From the human T2T-CHM13v2.0 reference genome, Homo sapiens, in assembly GCF_009914755.1 (NCBI RefSeq), contig NC_060931.1: 64,000 nt of DNA; one strand, given 5' to 3'. This document shows, piece after piece, positions 1 to 13,354 of the stretch (positions within the stretch are counted from its first letter, which is position 1; each line of letters opens with the position of its first letter). A program made the position numbers and the translations under genes. The notes beneath the pieces were generated by a model that ran no database searches, had not been told where the DNA came from, and saw only the letters and a list, made by a program, of their open reading frames with translations.

Positions 1-1008
1 TTTATTATATAAGACTTAGAATAAAGAACTGTTTTCAATTATAGAGCGTGCCTGCGGAGAAAAAAATAAACCTCTGAGGACCAGTATCTTCTCCTCAGAA
101 TTATTTTATATACTACCCAAAACATTCCTCAGAGACATGCAAATACTTGTTAACAACTTGTCACACACTTTTATTTTGGAGCAATGCTTTTAAATATAAA
201 AGGATCACAGATATTATCTGACCTACCTTTCTTTTTTTCCTTCTTTTTATAGTATTCTAAAATATGTGAAAATGTCATTTGGCCAAAGTTGTATTTCCCG
301 TCTCATTTTTGTTTTTTATATAACGTAGCTCTCATGAAGCAAATAAGCCCTGCACAGAAAATGGAAAAGTGCTTATCAGTTTAACCAAAGCACAATCCTT
401 GATCTGTAAAGTCAGAGACACATCTCTTTTCATTATAATACAGAGGAAGTCAAGCCTTTACATCACGCGAAACTTGAGTTTCTGCTTGTGTAGTTGCTGG
501 AAATCTAAGAAGCCGATGACAGAGCAATGCTCCCAGATATATTGAGCTTTGGATCGTTACACTAAACTTGTTTATTGTATCAGTATAACCTCTTCACTTC
601 TCGTTTTGCTCTTTGTTTTCTTTTTACAAAGAGTATTCAATTGAATCAGAAAGGTACTTATTAGATACCACATTTAAACTGCTTAGGAATCAAAGCAGTA
701 GTTTAATATTCAAATATTTACATTTAGATGCAATAATATGAGCATTTAAGCCAAGTCAAATTTTCAAGGCCCTGATATACAATACTTTTATTAAAAGGCT
801 ATTGTTTTAGATGCCTTACAGTAAACTTCAAATATGTGCTGTGATATTTTCTATTTATTGGACCAAAAAAGCTTTTTGTAGTAGACAGAGTTAATATTCT
901 AAATATTCTTTAAGTGTCTATGTTGTCATAAACCTCAAAAAATGCTTTTTTACTAGAGCTTTCTAGTACAGGGAAAGACTCCAGTATTTGGAACGTCTCC
1001 ATATGGAA

Positions 1009-1035
1009 GACACACACACACATACACACACACAC
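1009..1035. repeat. Interrupted (CA)n microsatellite
   Basis: Read directly. Confidence 0.9.
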
Positions 1036-1607
1036 AGTATAAGGACAAATCAGACTGAAAGTGCAAAAGTAACTCCATGAGATTTTCCTATATCCCCTTA
1101 ATTCACAAGGTGAAAAATTTGTTTTTGTAAGTTTTGAAGCAAGATGGGTAGGGAAAGAATGGTTGTTTCTCTGCATTTAGTCTTTGGAGCAAACATCAAA
1201 AGTTCAAAGGCAGCTGTATACAGGGTAATACTTCGATGATTATATTCAGCACAAAATTTGTTTAGCGAACAAAGGTTTGATAGGCTGAGTTTTTCAATTT
1301 TGCTGGATGGTTAACAAAGTTCTCTGAAGGGATTTCTTTTTGTAAAAGGTTGAAAATATAAACTTGTCCCTTGGGGCTTCAGAAATAGATCACTTCACAT
1401 TCATAGTTTTTAGGAAAGGGCACTTTTCACACTCTGATCTTTTGATGCATCAGAGGATGGTTAGAATTTTTTTCCTTAAAAAGGCTGCTATAATTATAAT
1501 TTCACCTTTTAGCTTATGCACCTGGATTCTAATTTCTAAGTCTTCCTGTGTACACATTCTTAAGATAGAGATATAATTGATTTTTCTAGATGACTATCTA
1601 GTGTGGA

Positions 1608-1790
1608 CCTGGGCTTTTCAGCCTTGTCGCTATTGACATTTTGGGTCAGATAATTCTTTTCATGGGGTGCTGGCCTGTGCATTGCAAAAATGTTTATCAG
1701 CATACCTGGCCTCTACCCATTAGATGCCAGTAGCAATACCCCCACCTCAATTGTGACAACCAAAAATATCACTAGACGGGGCCAAAATTT
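1608..1790 (+). mobile_element. MER20 (hAT-Charlie) fragment
   Basis: 'tattgacattttggg.cagataattcttt', 'ctggcctctacccattagatgccagtagc', 'gtgacaaccaaaaatatc'. Confidence 0.85.
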
Positions 1791-2238
1791 CTAATAAATC
1801 ATGGATTGAAGCAGATATCAGAAGACTATTTTTAACACTGATTGGCTGTGTAACATCAGATGGAATTTGGAGACATGACTCTGTTGGATGATGAATTAGA
1901 GTACATCTTCAAATTACCCAGATTTGTTTTATAGCTTTGCTATTAAATATATTGATTTGTTTTTATTAATTGTATTAATGTGTTCTTTGATGAAAGATAC
2001 ATGAGAACAAAATCAACTAATCAATTAATATATGGTCATACATTTTCAAGAGCACAACAAAGTACACAAAAACAAAAGATTATCTTTAATAGAGAACACA
2101 AAGGAACCATCAGATGTGGTATTGTCAGTATATCTTATTCTGAATTTTACCAACTCCTGTAGTTTGCTGTGCCCTACTTCGACATAACAACAAAAATCCA
2201 GCCCTATATTGTAGCCAAATAGAAATCTGTAAAAAGTC

Positions 2239-2538
<300 letters not shown>

Positions 2539-2887
2539 AGAAATCTGTAAAAAGTCACAATCCTTTAAAACATCCCCAGGGATAAAGAGTTAGAACAGTT
2601 AATGTACGAAATGCATCATTACTTCTCAACTTCCTTCAACACAAAGGAAAGCAGTTATTGGTTTACTGTATATATTTCAGTGTAGTGTAATAAATAAATG
2701 TACGTTATACATATAATTTTAAACACAGTTGAATAAAGTAATTTTGTTTCTAAAGCAGCAAACAGAGATGTCTATCAATCAGTTTAAATACATTGTGTTT
2801 TAAACAACCCCGTTGAAGAATAAAGTATAAGAGAGTTAAACCGTTACTATGAATTTTACATGCTCTCCAGTGAGAACCTTCTGTGAA

Positions 2888-2907
2888 CTGCTGCCACCTG
2901 TTGGTCA
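2888..2907 (-). promoter_or_regulatory. Candidate CTCF-binding motif
   Basis: The - strand reads TGACCAACAGGTGGCAGCAG, matching the core CCASYAGRKGGCRS at 13/14 positions. Motif match only. Confidence 0.4.
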
Positions 2908-3659
2908 TAGATTACAATACATCAGATCATGGCTCCAGCTGGTAGAGATTTTTCAGATACATTAAGAATATTTCTATTGTCATTGAACTTATCAATATTT
3001 ATAAATATAATTTTTATCACTTGGAGTATAATCATACTTTCTGAATACAAATAATATTTATTTATTGCACAGTTTTTATAAGGTTTAACTTGTAAAAAGT
3101 TGCTTCAAAAACTATTGATATTAAAATGGAGTCAAATCTTGCTTGCAGTTAGCTAGTTTCAAAAATCAGACAGCTAAGTGGTATAGTGGGTCACAAAATA
3201 TTTTTACAAGTGACATTTGAAATTCGTTAGTGGTTACTACACATCAGATCTTGTTAACTGGCACAACAATGATAATACTGTTTGACTGAAGGAAATTGTC
3301 AAAACTAACAGCTTAGCTATGGAAAAAGATATAAGGATGTAAACAAATTAGAAATTCCAAAGCCAACTGTATCTATAAACAAGACTGAGGATCTATATGT
3401 TACCAGAAGAAAAGATCTTTCATATGAAAATAATAGAATAAACATTTTAGTGGGTTCCTTAAAAAGCTGACAAGATGTCAGGATAACATCATTTGTAAGG
3501 AGAGCCCAAAGAAAGATGCTAAATGTCAAATGTCCCTTTGGATCTGTTTCCATCTCAGAACTAAAATATCTACCATAAAACTGTGAAATAATGTCAACCA
3601 TTATAACAATACTGCTTTTAAAGTTATACAGTTATTTATTCTATATGTACTTTCTAATT

Positions 3660-5387
3660 TTTTAAATTGACAGAAAAATTATGTGTATTATTTTAATATA
3701 TAACATGATGTTTATATAGACATATATATATATATCTATACACACACACATACACAAAAAAACACACCACATTGGGAAATGATGAAATCAAGCTAGTGAA
3801 CATATTCATCACCTCACCTTTTTTGTGTATGATGAGAATACTTAAAATCTATTCTGTTAGCAATTTTCAAGTACTGTATACAACATATTATTATTTACTA
3901 TAACATTAACTATGGCAAAAAGCACAATTACTTTTGCACACACCTAATATAATCATCATTTCATACAACAGATCTCCAGAACTTACCCCTCCTACCTAAC
4001 TATAACTTTGTACCATCTGACCAACATCTCCCAATACTCCCTCCTACCCCCAAACCTCTGATAATCACTATTCTACTTTCTGCTTCTATGAATTTAACAT
4101 TTTAGATTCTACATATAAGTGAGTCATATAATATTTGTCTTACTGTGTCCGGCTTATTTCACTTAGCGTAATGTCCTCTAAATTCATCCATATCATCACA
4201 AATGATAGGATTTCATTCTTTTTAGAGGCTGAGTAGTATTCTATTGTATATATATACCAATTTTCTGTATTTATTCATTACTTGATGGACACTTAAGTTG
4301 TTTTCCTATCTTGGCTATTGTGAATAATGCTTCACTAAATATGGGAGTGCGGATGTGTCTCTGACACACTGATTTCAATTCCTTTGGATATATACCCAGA
4401 GATGGAATTGCTACCCAAAACAATCTACAGATTCAATGCAAGCCCTATGAAAATATCAGTGACATGTTTCATAGAAACAGAAAAATAACTCTAAAATTCA
4501 AATGGAGCCACAAAAAACTCTGAAAGAAATCTTGAGCAAAACGAGCAAGGCTGGAGGCATTCTACTTACCTGATCTCAAAATCTACAGAGCTATAATCAA
4601 ACAACATGATAATGACATAAAAACAGATATATAGAGCAATGTCACAAAATTGAGCCCAGAAATAAATCCATGCACTTATAGCCAACTGATTTTTGACAAA
4701 GGTGCCAAGAACATACAATGGAGAAAGGACAGCCTCTTCAGCAAATGGTGTCAGAAAAACTGGATATTCACATGCAGGAGAATAAAATTACACTTGTATC
4801 TCACGTGATAGATGAAAATCAACTCAAAATGGATTAAACACTTGAATTTAAGACTTGAAGCTATAAAACAACTAGAAAGAAACATGGGGAAATCGCCACA
4901 ACATTGATATGGCCAGTAATTTCTTATATAAAACTCAAAAACCACAGGCAACAAAAGCAAAAATAGATAAATGTGGTTACATCAAACTAAAAGGCTTTTG
5001 CAAAACAATGGAAACAATAAATAGAATGAAAACACAACCTAAAGAATGGGGGAAAATATTTACAAATTATAATCTGATAAGGGGTTAACATTCAAAATAT
5101 ATAAGGAACTCAAATAACTCTATAGAAAAAAAATGGACAAGGGACCTGAATAGACATTTTTCAAAAAATATACAAATGGGCAACAGGTATATGAAAAAAT
5201 GCTCAACATATTATCTGACAACTGTTAGAATGGTTATTACCAAAAAGATGAAATATAACAAATGTAGAGGATATGTGGAAAAGGGAACCCTAATATACTG
5301 TTGGTGGGAATGTAAATTAGTACAGCCATTATAGAAAACAGTATGGAGGTTTCTAAAAAATTGAAAATAGAACTACCATGAAATCCA
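3660..5387 (-). mobile_element. L1MA-type 3' fragment with a 5' inversion (3660-4412 antisense 3' end; 4413-5387 inverted ORF2 part)
   Basis: Antisense L1 3'UTR ('ggcttatttcacttagc..aatgtcctc', 'cctttggatatatacccaga') switches at ~4412 to sense ORF2 ('caatctacagattcaatgca', 'gattttgacaaaggtgccaagaac'). Confidence 0.85.
3912..3948. mobile_element. MADE1 (mariner MITE) half-element inside the L1
   Basis: 'atggcaaaaagcacaattacttttgcacacacctaat' matches the MADE1 terminal inverted repeat arm. Confidence 0.7.
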
Positions 5388-7329
5388 CTATAAATACATA
5401 TTTTTAAGCAAACGCTTTGCATTCTAGGTAGGTACTCTGTTAGGTACTAGGGTCTTTCTTAAGGTAACAAATACCAAAAAGGCACTTCTCTTGTTTAAAA
5501 AAGGTACTTATCCAAATGCCTTTTCATTTCAATTGCTGATGATTCTCATGAAAGCAATTTCCCTTTCTCAATAAAATAAGTGACAATTGGAAGAATTGTG
5601 AAAAAACTGGAACCCTGTGACTTACCTTGCTATGGTTAAGGGATGCAGATAGAAATGGATAGAGTATCAAAAATTAGCACCATCCAGAGAGGTAGAGTGG
5701 TGAAAAGTGTGAAAATTCATGAGAAACCTAGCTCTTAATGATTTAACCACTCATAAGCTGGAAACTTGCTCAAGTCTCTTAACATTTTAGGCACTGTTTT
5801 CTCTTTGTTACATATCAAGAGGATTACACAAGGGGAGACTAGATGCACACATACTTAAGTTTCTTTTAAACTATAATATTCCACTAGTCTAATCAATTAT
5901 TAATCATAACTTCATTTTTTAAGAAGTAGTATGATCCATTGTGACTTTCCTGGTAGAGCTTGACAGGGGAAACATAAAGCATCCTGATTTTCTATCAGCC
6001 CTCAGATCCCCACGGGATCTGCTGAGTTATGAGTGTTCAGTGCTCCTACCCTCACTTTCCAGCCTGAATCAGTTGTAAAGATATTTCTTTCTCTGGGACC
6101 ACCCAAGGCCTTATGGTCAGAGTAGGAGGTCCAAATGTAGTATATGTCATCAAACATAATGCTTCCTTGTTAGAAAAGGGAGATGCAAGATATAGCAACT
6201 AATAGTCATTAACTTTATGGGGACTGTCTAAACTTGTTCCTGACAACTAGATCTTTAGAAGCTACCTGACCTTGTCACATGTATCACGTCTGTCTTCTGA
6301 CATCAAATGTTGCTATGAGAGAATCTGAGTTCAGTCCAAGTTTTGTCTTCCATGTGAGTGATTTATATTTACGGTATGAATGTCCACAGTATTTTTCTTT
6401 ATTATTGAAGCCCACTAATTTTAACACTGAATGTCTTGATACTAATCGCTGTGTATCAATTTTTCCTGGGTTGTTCTAACATGAAGATTTGAAACTTTGT
6501 TTCAGGAACATATATTATACATTTGAGTATTTATTTACCTTCTATTTATTTTAGTTTCTTATTAAAATGCTAATTATAAAATCAATATCTACAATCTTTC
6601 AGTTATTTTTATGTTGCTCAAAAGCACATAATTACCATACGTTGTTTTGTGTAATTTTTTTTAAACTCTTTCCTGTCCTTAACTGTGTTTAGAACATGTT
6701 AACATGTCCCATGTTAGAACCAAGGCTAAGATATGCTCATCGAGATTATGGGTCTTCACTTCTGCTACCAGCTGCAGCATGAAGAGAGAGAAAATAATGG
6801 AACTCTTACAATACAGCTTCCCTAGGACAGTTTCCAAAAGGAATCTACTTCTTAGCCTTAAAACCTCCAACAATTTATTTGATTCTTTGATCTTGTTTTG
6901 TCTCAGTTCTCTAGACATTTCCTCAATATGTGTAGTTATCTGACATAAAAAATTAAAGTGAAAGATTAACAAATTTGAGAAAAAATGATAAACAAATATG
7001 GACAGGAGCTGGGGTCTTTAAACAATTATGTCTTTTTCTATTGATGACTCGCTCAACCGCAAGGTATACAAGACTGACTTTAGAACATTAATCTCAAAAG
7101 GTCAATGTCTTAAATGTAGATCTTTCTTTCAAAGAAGACTCTCTAGTCAGTTTCAGGCCTAGAACTGCAGCAGAGACAAAAAATAAAAATAAAAAAGTCC
7201 AAGAATGTCCAAGTCATTAAATAAGCTCACATTCTAACAAACAATAGTCAAGGAAGAAAACAAATACAGTGTGTTAGTCACTTAACCTCTGGTAATTTAA
7301 AAAAAAAAAGTCATAAAGAAAATAAAATG

Positions 7330-7860
7330 GGAAAATATGATTGGAGAATGAAATGAAGGACACTAAGATTAAAATGTTGAGAAGCAGGCATTTGAAAATG
7401 TGAGGAAGCAGCCCCCAAGCACAGAATATAGTAAATGCAAACAGTCTTGGATAGGAAGAGGCTGAGGACGCAGAGAGTCAGTGCAGGTATGGCACTAGAG
7501 AAGGGCAAGTGTATAGAAGATGCGATCACAGAACATGAAAGTCAGATCATGTAGAGGAGAGGGGAGGGGTGGCAGAGACTGACTTGTGTTCTAATTGCAA
7601 TGAAGCCATGGAAGTGTTTCAACCAGGGAATGATTATGATCTAACTTACGCTTTAAAAGATCACTGTGGCTGCTAAGGGGAGAATGAGAAGGAAGAAGAG
7701 GATTACAGAGATTACTTAGACAATAGAACTAATGATGACTAAAGAATGAAGTTGCAGAGATGCAGATGGTAAGGAGTAATCGGATCCAAAATACATTTTC
7801 GAGGTAGAGCCAATGGCACTCTCTAATGACGTTGATTTGCAGTGATTTTGGAAATGAATG
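7330..7860 (-). mobile_element. L2 remnant
   Basis: 'cagatcatgtag', 'atgatctaacttacgctttaaaagatcactgtggctgct', 'ttttcgaggtagagccaa'. Confidence 0.65.
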
Positions 7861-10800
7861 ATATTTTCCTACATTCCTCACATGCAAAATAGTGCTAATA
7901 TTTTTGTCAATTTATCATGATTGAGACTATAATATCTATGGGAAACTGGAATTTCATAAGTAGAAATCTTTAACTATAAAGTGTGATCTTTAAGATAAGA
8001 TTAGCTTCAAGTTTTCAGAATACGATTCTAATCACTTAACACTACTAGCATGAGTTCCAATTAAAATCTGCAAATGCCTTTTGAAATACACAATACTTTA
8101 GATTTAGCCTCCATACAACAATCTATTACAATTCACTACTGATGCTAGGAAATCATTTATTTCTACAGAAATGTTTATAAAATTACCCAACACAAGAAGC
8201 AATCACCCTTTCATACTGATGTTTGTAAATGCTTCACCCTTAGGGTTATGTTTTTATTTTTGCTTTTTTTTGTTCATTCATTTCTGTATCAAATATTTAT
8301 TGATTACCTCCAATGTGGCAGGCAAGGTGATAGTACCTCAGGATAAAAATGAAATAAGGTAGTTCCGTCAGCAATAAAAGACATTGTCCCTGCATCAGGA
8401 CGCTTATGATCTAGTGAAAGAAAGGTATTCACACACATGCACATGAGTATACAGACATACATAGACTCTTGATAATTACGAAGCCCTAGGGACTTTTGTT
8501 TCAACAACTTTCAAAAGTTATTTGTTAAAAATATTCAGTACTAGCATATCGAAAAATGAAAAGGCTTTTGAATCATGTAATGTGTAGAACATTAAACTGT
8601 TATTATATACCACAGATATACCATTTAATAATATGTACATATATTTTATTACTGATTTTAAAATAAATAATTTCATTAGCCAAATCCCACTAGAAAAACT
8701 TTTGGTAATTTTCTTGCAGGGTCAAAATAATTTTTTATATGCTAATCCACCTAGGTGACAGAGAAAATGTTTATGATGAAACATAAATCTAAAATGCTTT
8801 AAGATGAAAAATGTATCCCTTGAGCACTTAAAATACACAATTTTTTAAAACTAGTTAGGCTTCAAAACTGATTCGATTTTTTTCACATTTTGTGATCTTT
8901 CCAAAATAAGCTCCTTTATTTCCAATGGAAAGAAGAAAAACATGTAAATGTTAAAAAACTATTAAAAGCAAAAGACATGTTTCTCTTAAAGTTGACTTTA
9001 ATTTTAGCATGTTACCTGCTGTACTGTACATTTCATTGAACATAAAAGCTTAGCAAAGACAGGTTTCAAAGCTCCTAACTCAAACTGTCATGAGAAATTA
9101 AATATTAGAGGAAAAATAAATGAAAATTAAAGCAATTACATGCCCCATGGTAAAAAAAAAAAAAAAAATTAGGAGAGATATGTAGAAACAGTTTTACATA
9201 TGCATCCACTGACCTTCTAGTACTTCAACACTTAGGATTTGAGTTTACAGTGAGTCAGGAGGGTAAAAATGTTTATGGGGATAACTGCTTCACCCATAAA
9301 GTAATTTAGATAGAGTATATATTTGCATATACAGTCTCAATCCTTCCAAAAAGCAGTATCATTTCCTAATACAAAGGACAGTAGTACATGTCAGGGTACA
9401 ACTGGGAAAGAATTTCACCCAGGACCTTGAGAGCACAAGTGTAGACAAAATAACTAAATCTGTCAGTGTCAGCAAATTACTCACAAAACCTATCCTCAGG
9501 AGCAGTGTTTGCACTCTCACTCAGTCACGCTGATACCATGGAATCTGTTCACCATCGACAGAGAAGAGGCAGACCCTGCCAGAATAGCACAAGTATTGAC
9601 TGAGTGCATATCCTCAGACACCCATCTTCACAGAAATGTTTCACCTGGGGTCTGCCTCCCAGGTCCTATCCTCCCTCCCTGTGACACCTTGCTCCTCACA
9701 TCCTCCCTGAGGGCACTTTTTGTTGATAGAATCCTGACAAATACCTGTCTGAAATATCATAAAGCCATTGAAAGCTCAATTGATTTCACTTACAATAGAA
9801 ATAATATCTAGATGTCATTCAAATCCAGTTTGATAGGTGCATGACATGGAATCAATAAAAAGCCTGTGGAATGCTTTTAGTAGCGTTTCACTCACATGAG
9901 ATGCTCAACTTCAAAGATGGCTTATGTAAGTTGAAAAATGCAGCCCCCTTTCTCAATTCCTACATCCATAAGAAAAACACTTGCTTTTCTCCTAATTTTC
10001 TCCATGTTCTATTTTTTCTTAATATCCTCTAAATTGTCCAACAATTTTCAAAATACACCATACAGTATAGTGTATTAGAGTTGCCTCCTTCCTAGTCTAT
10101 AGTGGATCCTGGAAAGGGACAAGAGAATGCACAGAGATTCGTCGTTTGGTGGTAATACATTCTTACAGAGTCTCCAATATTATGTCATTATATCAGTAAA
10201 GTTACTTTTTCTCTAGACTAAAGATGGATTAAACCAGTTATAACTCAATTGCTATGTACCTACTGGGTGAAGAGGTCTGCTATTTCTCAGAGAGAGTTTA
10301 TAGAGGCGAAGAAGAAAGTTTTCCACTTCCCTTTTACCTATTTTGTCACTGTTTTATTTTTTCCAACCCTACCCTCTCTAACATCTGAAATATGCTCTCT
10401 GAATCATAGGATATGAAGACAAGTGCATAAAACATTTTTGATGGCACCAGATCTTTTTACTGGACACTCCTGAGAAAATAACAAAAAAAAGCAGAATTAA
10501 TAAAACTACTTGTATATAAAAATTATGATATATTATCCAGGTCATTAAATAGGAAAAATTCTCTTTCACTATGTCTTCAAGTTGGTTTGGGCAAACTCCT
10601 TCATCGATACAGAGGGCTACACCACAGGATCTCTGTCAATTCTTCTCAGTTCCATAATTCTCTTTCTGGGAGAGATGAAAATGCAAACACACAAAGATAG
10701 TAGTTATACATTTAGGGAAAATAAAATGACCTAATTTGTTAAAAATATGTTCATTGCAGTAGGTTCTTGAGAGTGTTGTTGAAAATATTATACAGAAATA

Positions 10801-11509
10801 ATTTTTCTTATTATGTGTTGACTCCAAATTATATATGCCATTAAGACAAATGGTGCTCATTGCATTCAAAACGGCTATAATGCTCATTTTCATCTCTAAC
10901 AGAATCTTGTACACTGTGTAATTTTATATTTTCTATATACTAGGAAATAAAAAGCCAGGTTCTGCCCAATTCCAAACTAACTCTCTGGTTGTAAATTGGG
11001 AGTTTAAGTGGCCCCTCAATCTTTCTAAATAGTAATATAACATTTTACATAATTTGAAGAGTGAAAAAGCAATGAGAAGAATAAACTGTGACATCTGACT
11101 TGTAAGGTCCTGTAGAAACTTTATTTTATGAAAGAATAATTTATTTGGTGTGCATTCCGTGCAAGGCAATGTGCTAACCAGTAATGATACAAAGATAAAC
11201 TTACAGGTTGCCAGAAGATGAATTGTAAGAGGTACTTAATATTTACAGAGTACCTTTGAGTGGCAGGCAGTTTATAAACATCTTCTCATTTAATCAGCAC
11301 AGCAATCTATGAGCTGGTTTTATAGGACACAGAGAAAAAGCATCAGAGAGATCTCTGTTTTGATTCTCTATTTACTACACAATTATGGTAAGTAGTTCAC
11401 AATGATTTAATGGTTAGAAATTATCAGAATTTTCCTTGCTTATTTGCCCCATTATCATATTTAGATTCACAGGAATGAATACAGCCAACTATACTTAGAA
11501 TCATGGAAC

Positions 11510-11975
11510 TAGGAAGAAATTTCCTTGTTCAAGTTAAATTAAGTTCAACTGAAAATAAGAGAACATCTTATAATAATAGTGGCTTGAAGTTAGAAATTTA
11601 TTCCTCTTTCAAGCAAAGAAAATCTGCAGGAAGACAACTTAGCATCAATATGAATGTTGCATGAAGTTTTCAGGGTCATGACTCCTTTCATCTCACTAGT
11701 TTGCCATTCTTAGGTGTAGTGGTTCTACACTGGATTCTTCTTTGTAATTCTACACTACTCCCAGTGCTCCTGCCATCACATCTACATTCAAGGAAGCATG
11801 GTGAAAGAAGCAGTGAAGAAGGGCTCAGTCTCTGTCTTTAAAAACTTCCTGGAATTTACTCCTAAAACTACTGCTGATATCTCATTTGCCAAATGAAAAC
11901 ATGTCCAAATCTTGCTACAAAGCTGAGAAACGTAATCGTTGGCTGTGGCAATGTGCTCAGCTAATAGCCTTATTC
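11510..11975 (-). mobile_element. Old MLT1 (MLT1K/L-like) LTR
   Basis: 'aatagtggcttgaa..tagaaatttattcctct', 'catcacatctacattcaagg', 'gctgatatctcatttgcca'. Confidence 0.5.
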
Positions 11976-13354
11976 AGGAAGAAAAGGAGAATAGGTATGA
12001 GGAGGCAACAAAAAGTGCTACATTTAAGAAATAAACCGATGTATCAACCAGCGCTCAGAAGGAAAAAAAAAAAAAACACCTATATTCTGTCTTTCATAGA
12101 CAGTAGAAAAAGTTCTATCTTTTTAATAGACGAGGACACACAAATCTCACAATCCAAGCACTTGACATTAATTTTCATTGTATCTAAGGGTTGAAAGTCA
12201 AAATATTATGAACTATTGTGAATATGCCCAACCAAACAGATCAAATCTTCTGACATATCACAATGAATGCCAGCTATAAACAACCAGCATGGCTGTACTG
12301 GTACACACCAGGACAACAGAAACTCTGGATGCTTCCTTTTTAATCTAATGCCAGAGGTTTATATTTAAATTAAAAAGAGGAAGTTGTGATGGTGTTCCAG
12401 TGTGTTAGCCCAAGTTGTGTGACTCAGCCTAGCCACACAATTTGGGAAAGCTAGAGATTGCTAGAGGGTTTGGTAGGGCCAGGGGTCTTTTGTGTAAAGA
12501 AATTGGGTGGTTTCTTGGATGAAAAAATTATGTCATCTAGTAGCTGACAGCTAGCTCTCTATACTAAGAGGAACAAAGGCCCCTCTTTTGCCCCTACTCC
12601 TTACTCCGAGATACTACACAGAGGGAAGTTTATATCAATGGGAGGAAGTATCAAGGCATTAAATCTGACATGGATGGGACTTATGTATTTTGGGAGGGAG
12701 CTATCTGGCCCATTGAGATGCTTTGATATTGTTTCCGCAGGAAGAATTTATCATAAGCCTTGAGAGAGGAAATAAAATAAAAGCTTTGCCACTAGACTTT
12801 CTTTCAAAACTAGGGCACATAAGGCAGTAATACTTTGTAGCAAAATGCAGATGAAGAGGCAGCATTTTGCACTGGCCTATGAATTCTCTAGCTTCTGGAG
12901 AAGCTCATGCAGCATTACTGCCTTTTGGGGCAACCAAAGGAAAAGACGAATTAGTTTGAAAAAAATAACTCATGTCGAAGGCTATTGTCTGAGTTAGAAG
13001 CTGAAGCCACCAGCCTTCCCAGAGCAGATAAGCTGAGCTTCCTGAGCAATGGGTAGGCCTCATTCACCAATCTCATTCCAAATTCTGAAAAACTTTCATT
13101 ATTAGGATTGTCAGACAAGTTCCTGTTTCTGTTGACTTATTTTTGTGTAAATAAATCTCAGTTTCCAAATGAAAAAAAAAATGGCAGTGTACTGGCTGCA
13201 TGGGCTGTAGGTAGATTTTCCAGATGACTGTGACAGCAGAGATCCATTAGAATGGGGCAATACTTCTCCTTTCAGGACCAGGAATCCAAGAATCACATGG
13301 ATGAAAATAAAGGAAAACAGCAATGTTAAAGACAATATCCAGGGATCCCACTTA

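Noticed and set aside
5620-5730. Minus-strand donor AAG|GTAAGT with a putative upstream exon
   Set aside because: Stops in all frames and no good pyrimidine tract.
9484-9580. Minus-strand exon candidate ending in GTGAGT
   Set aside because: Stops in all three frames and a weak acceptor.
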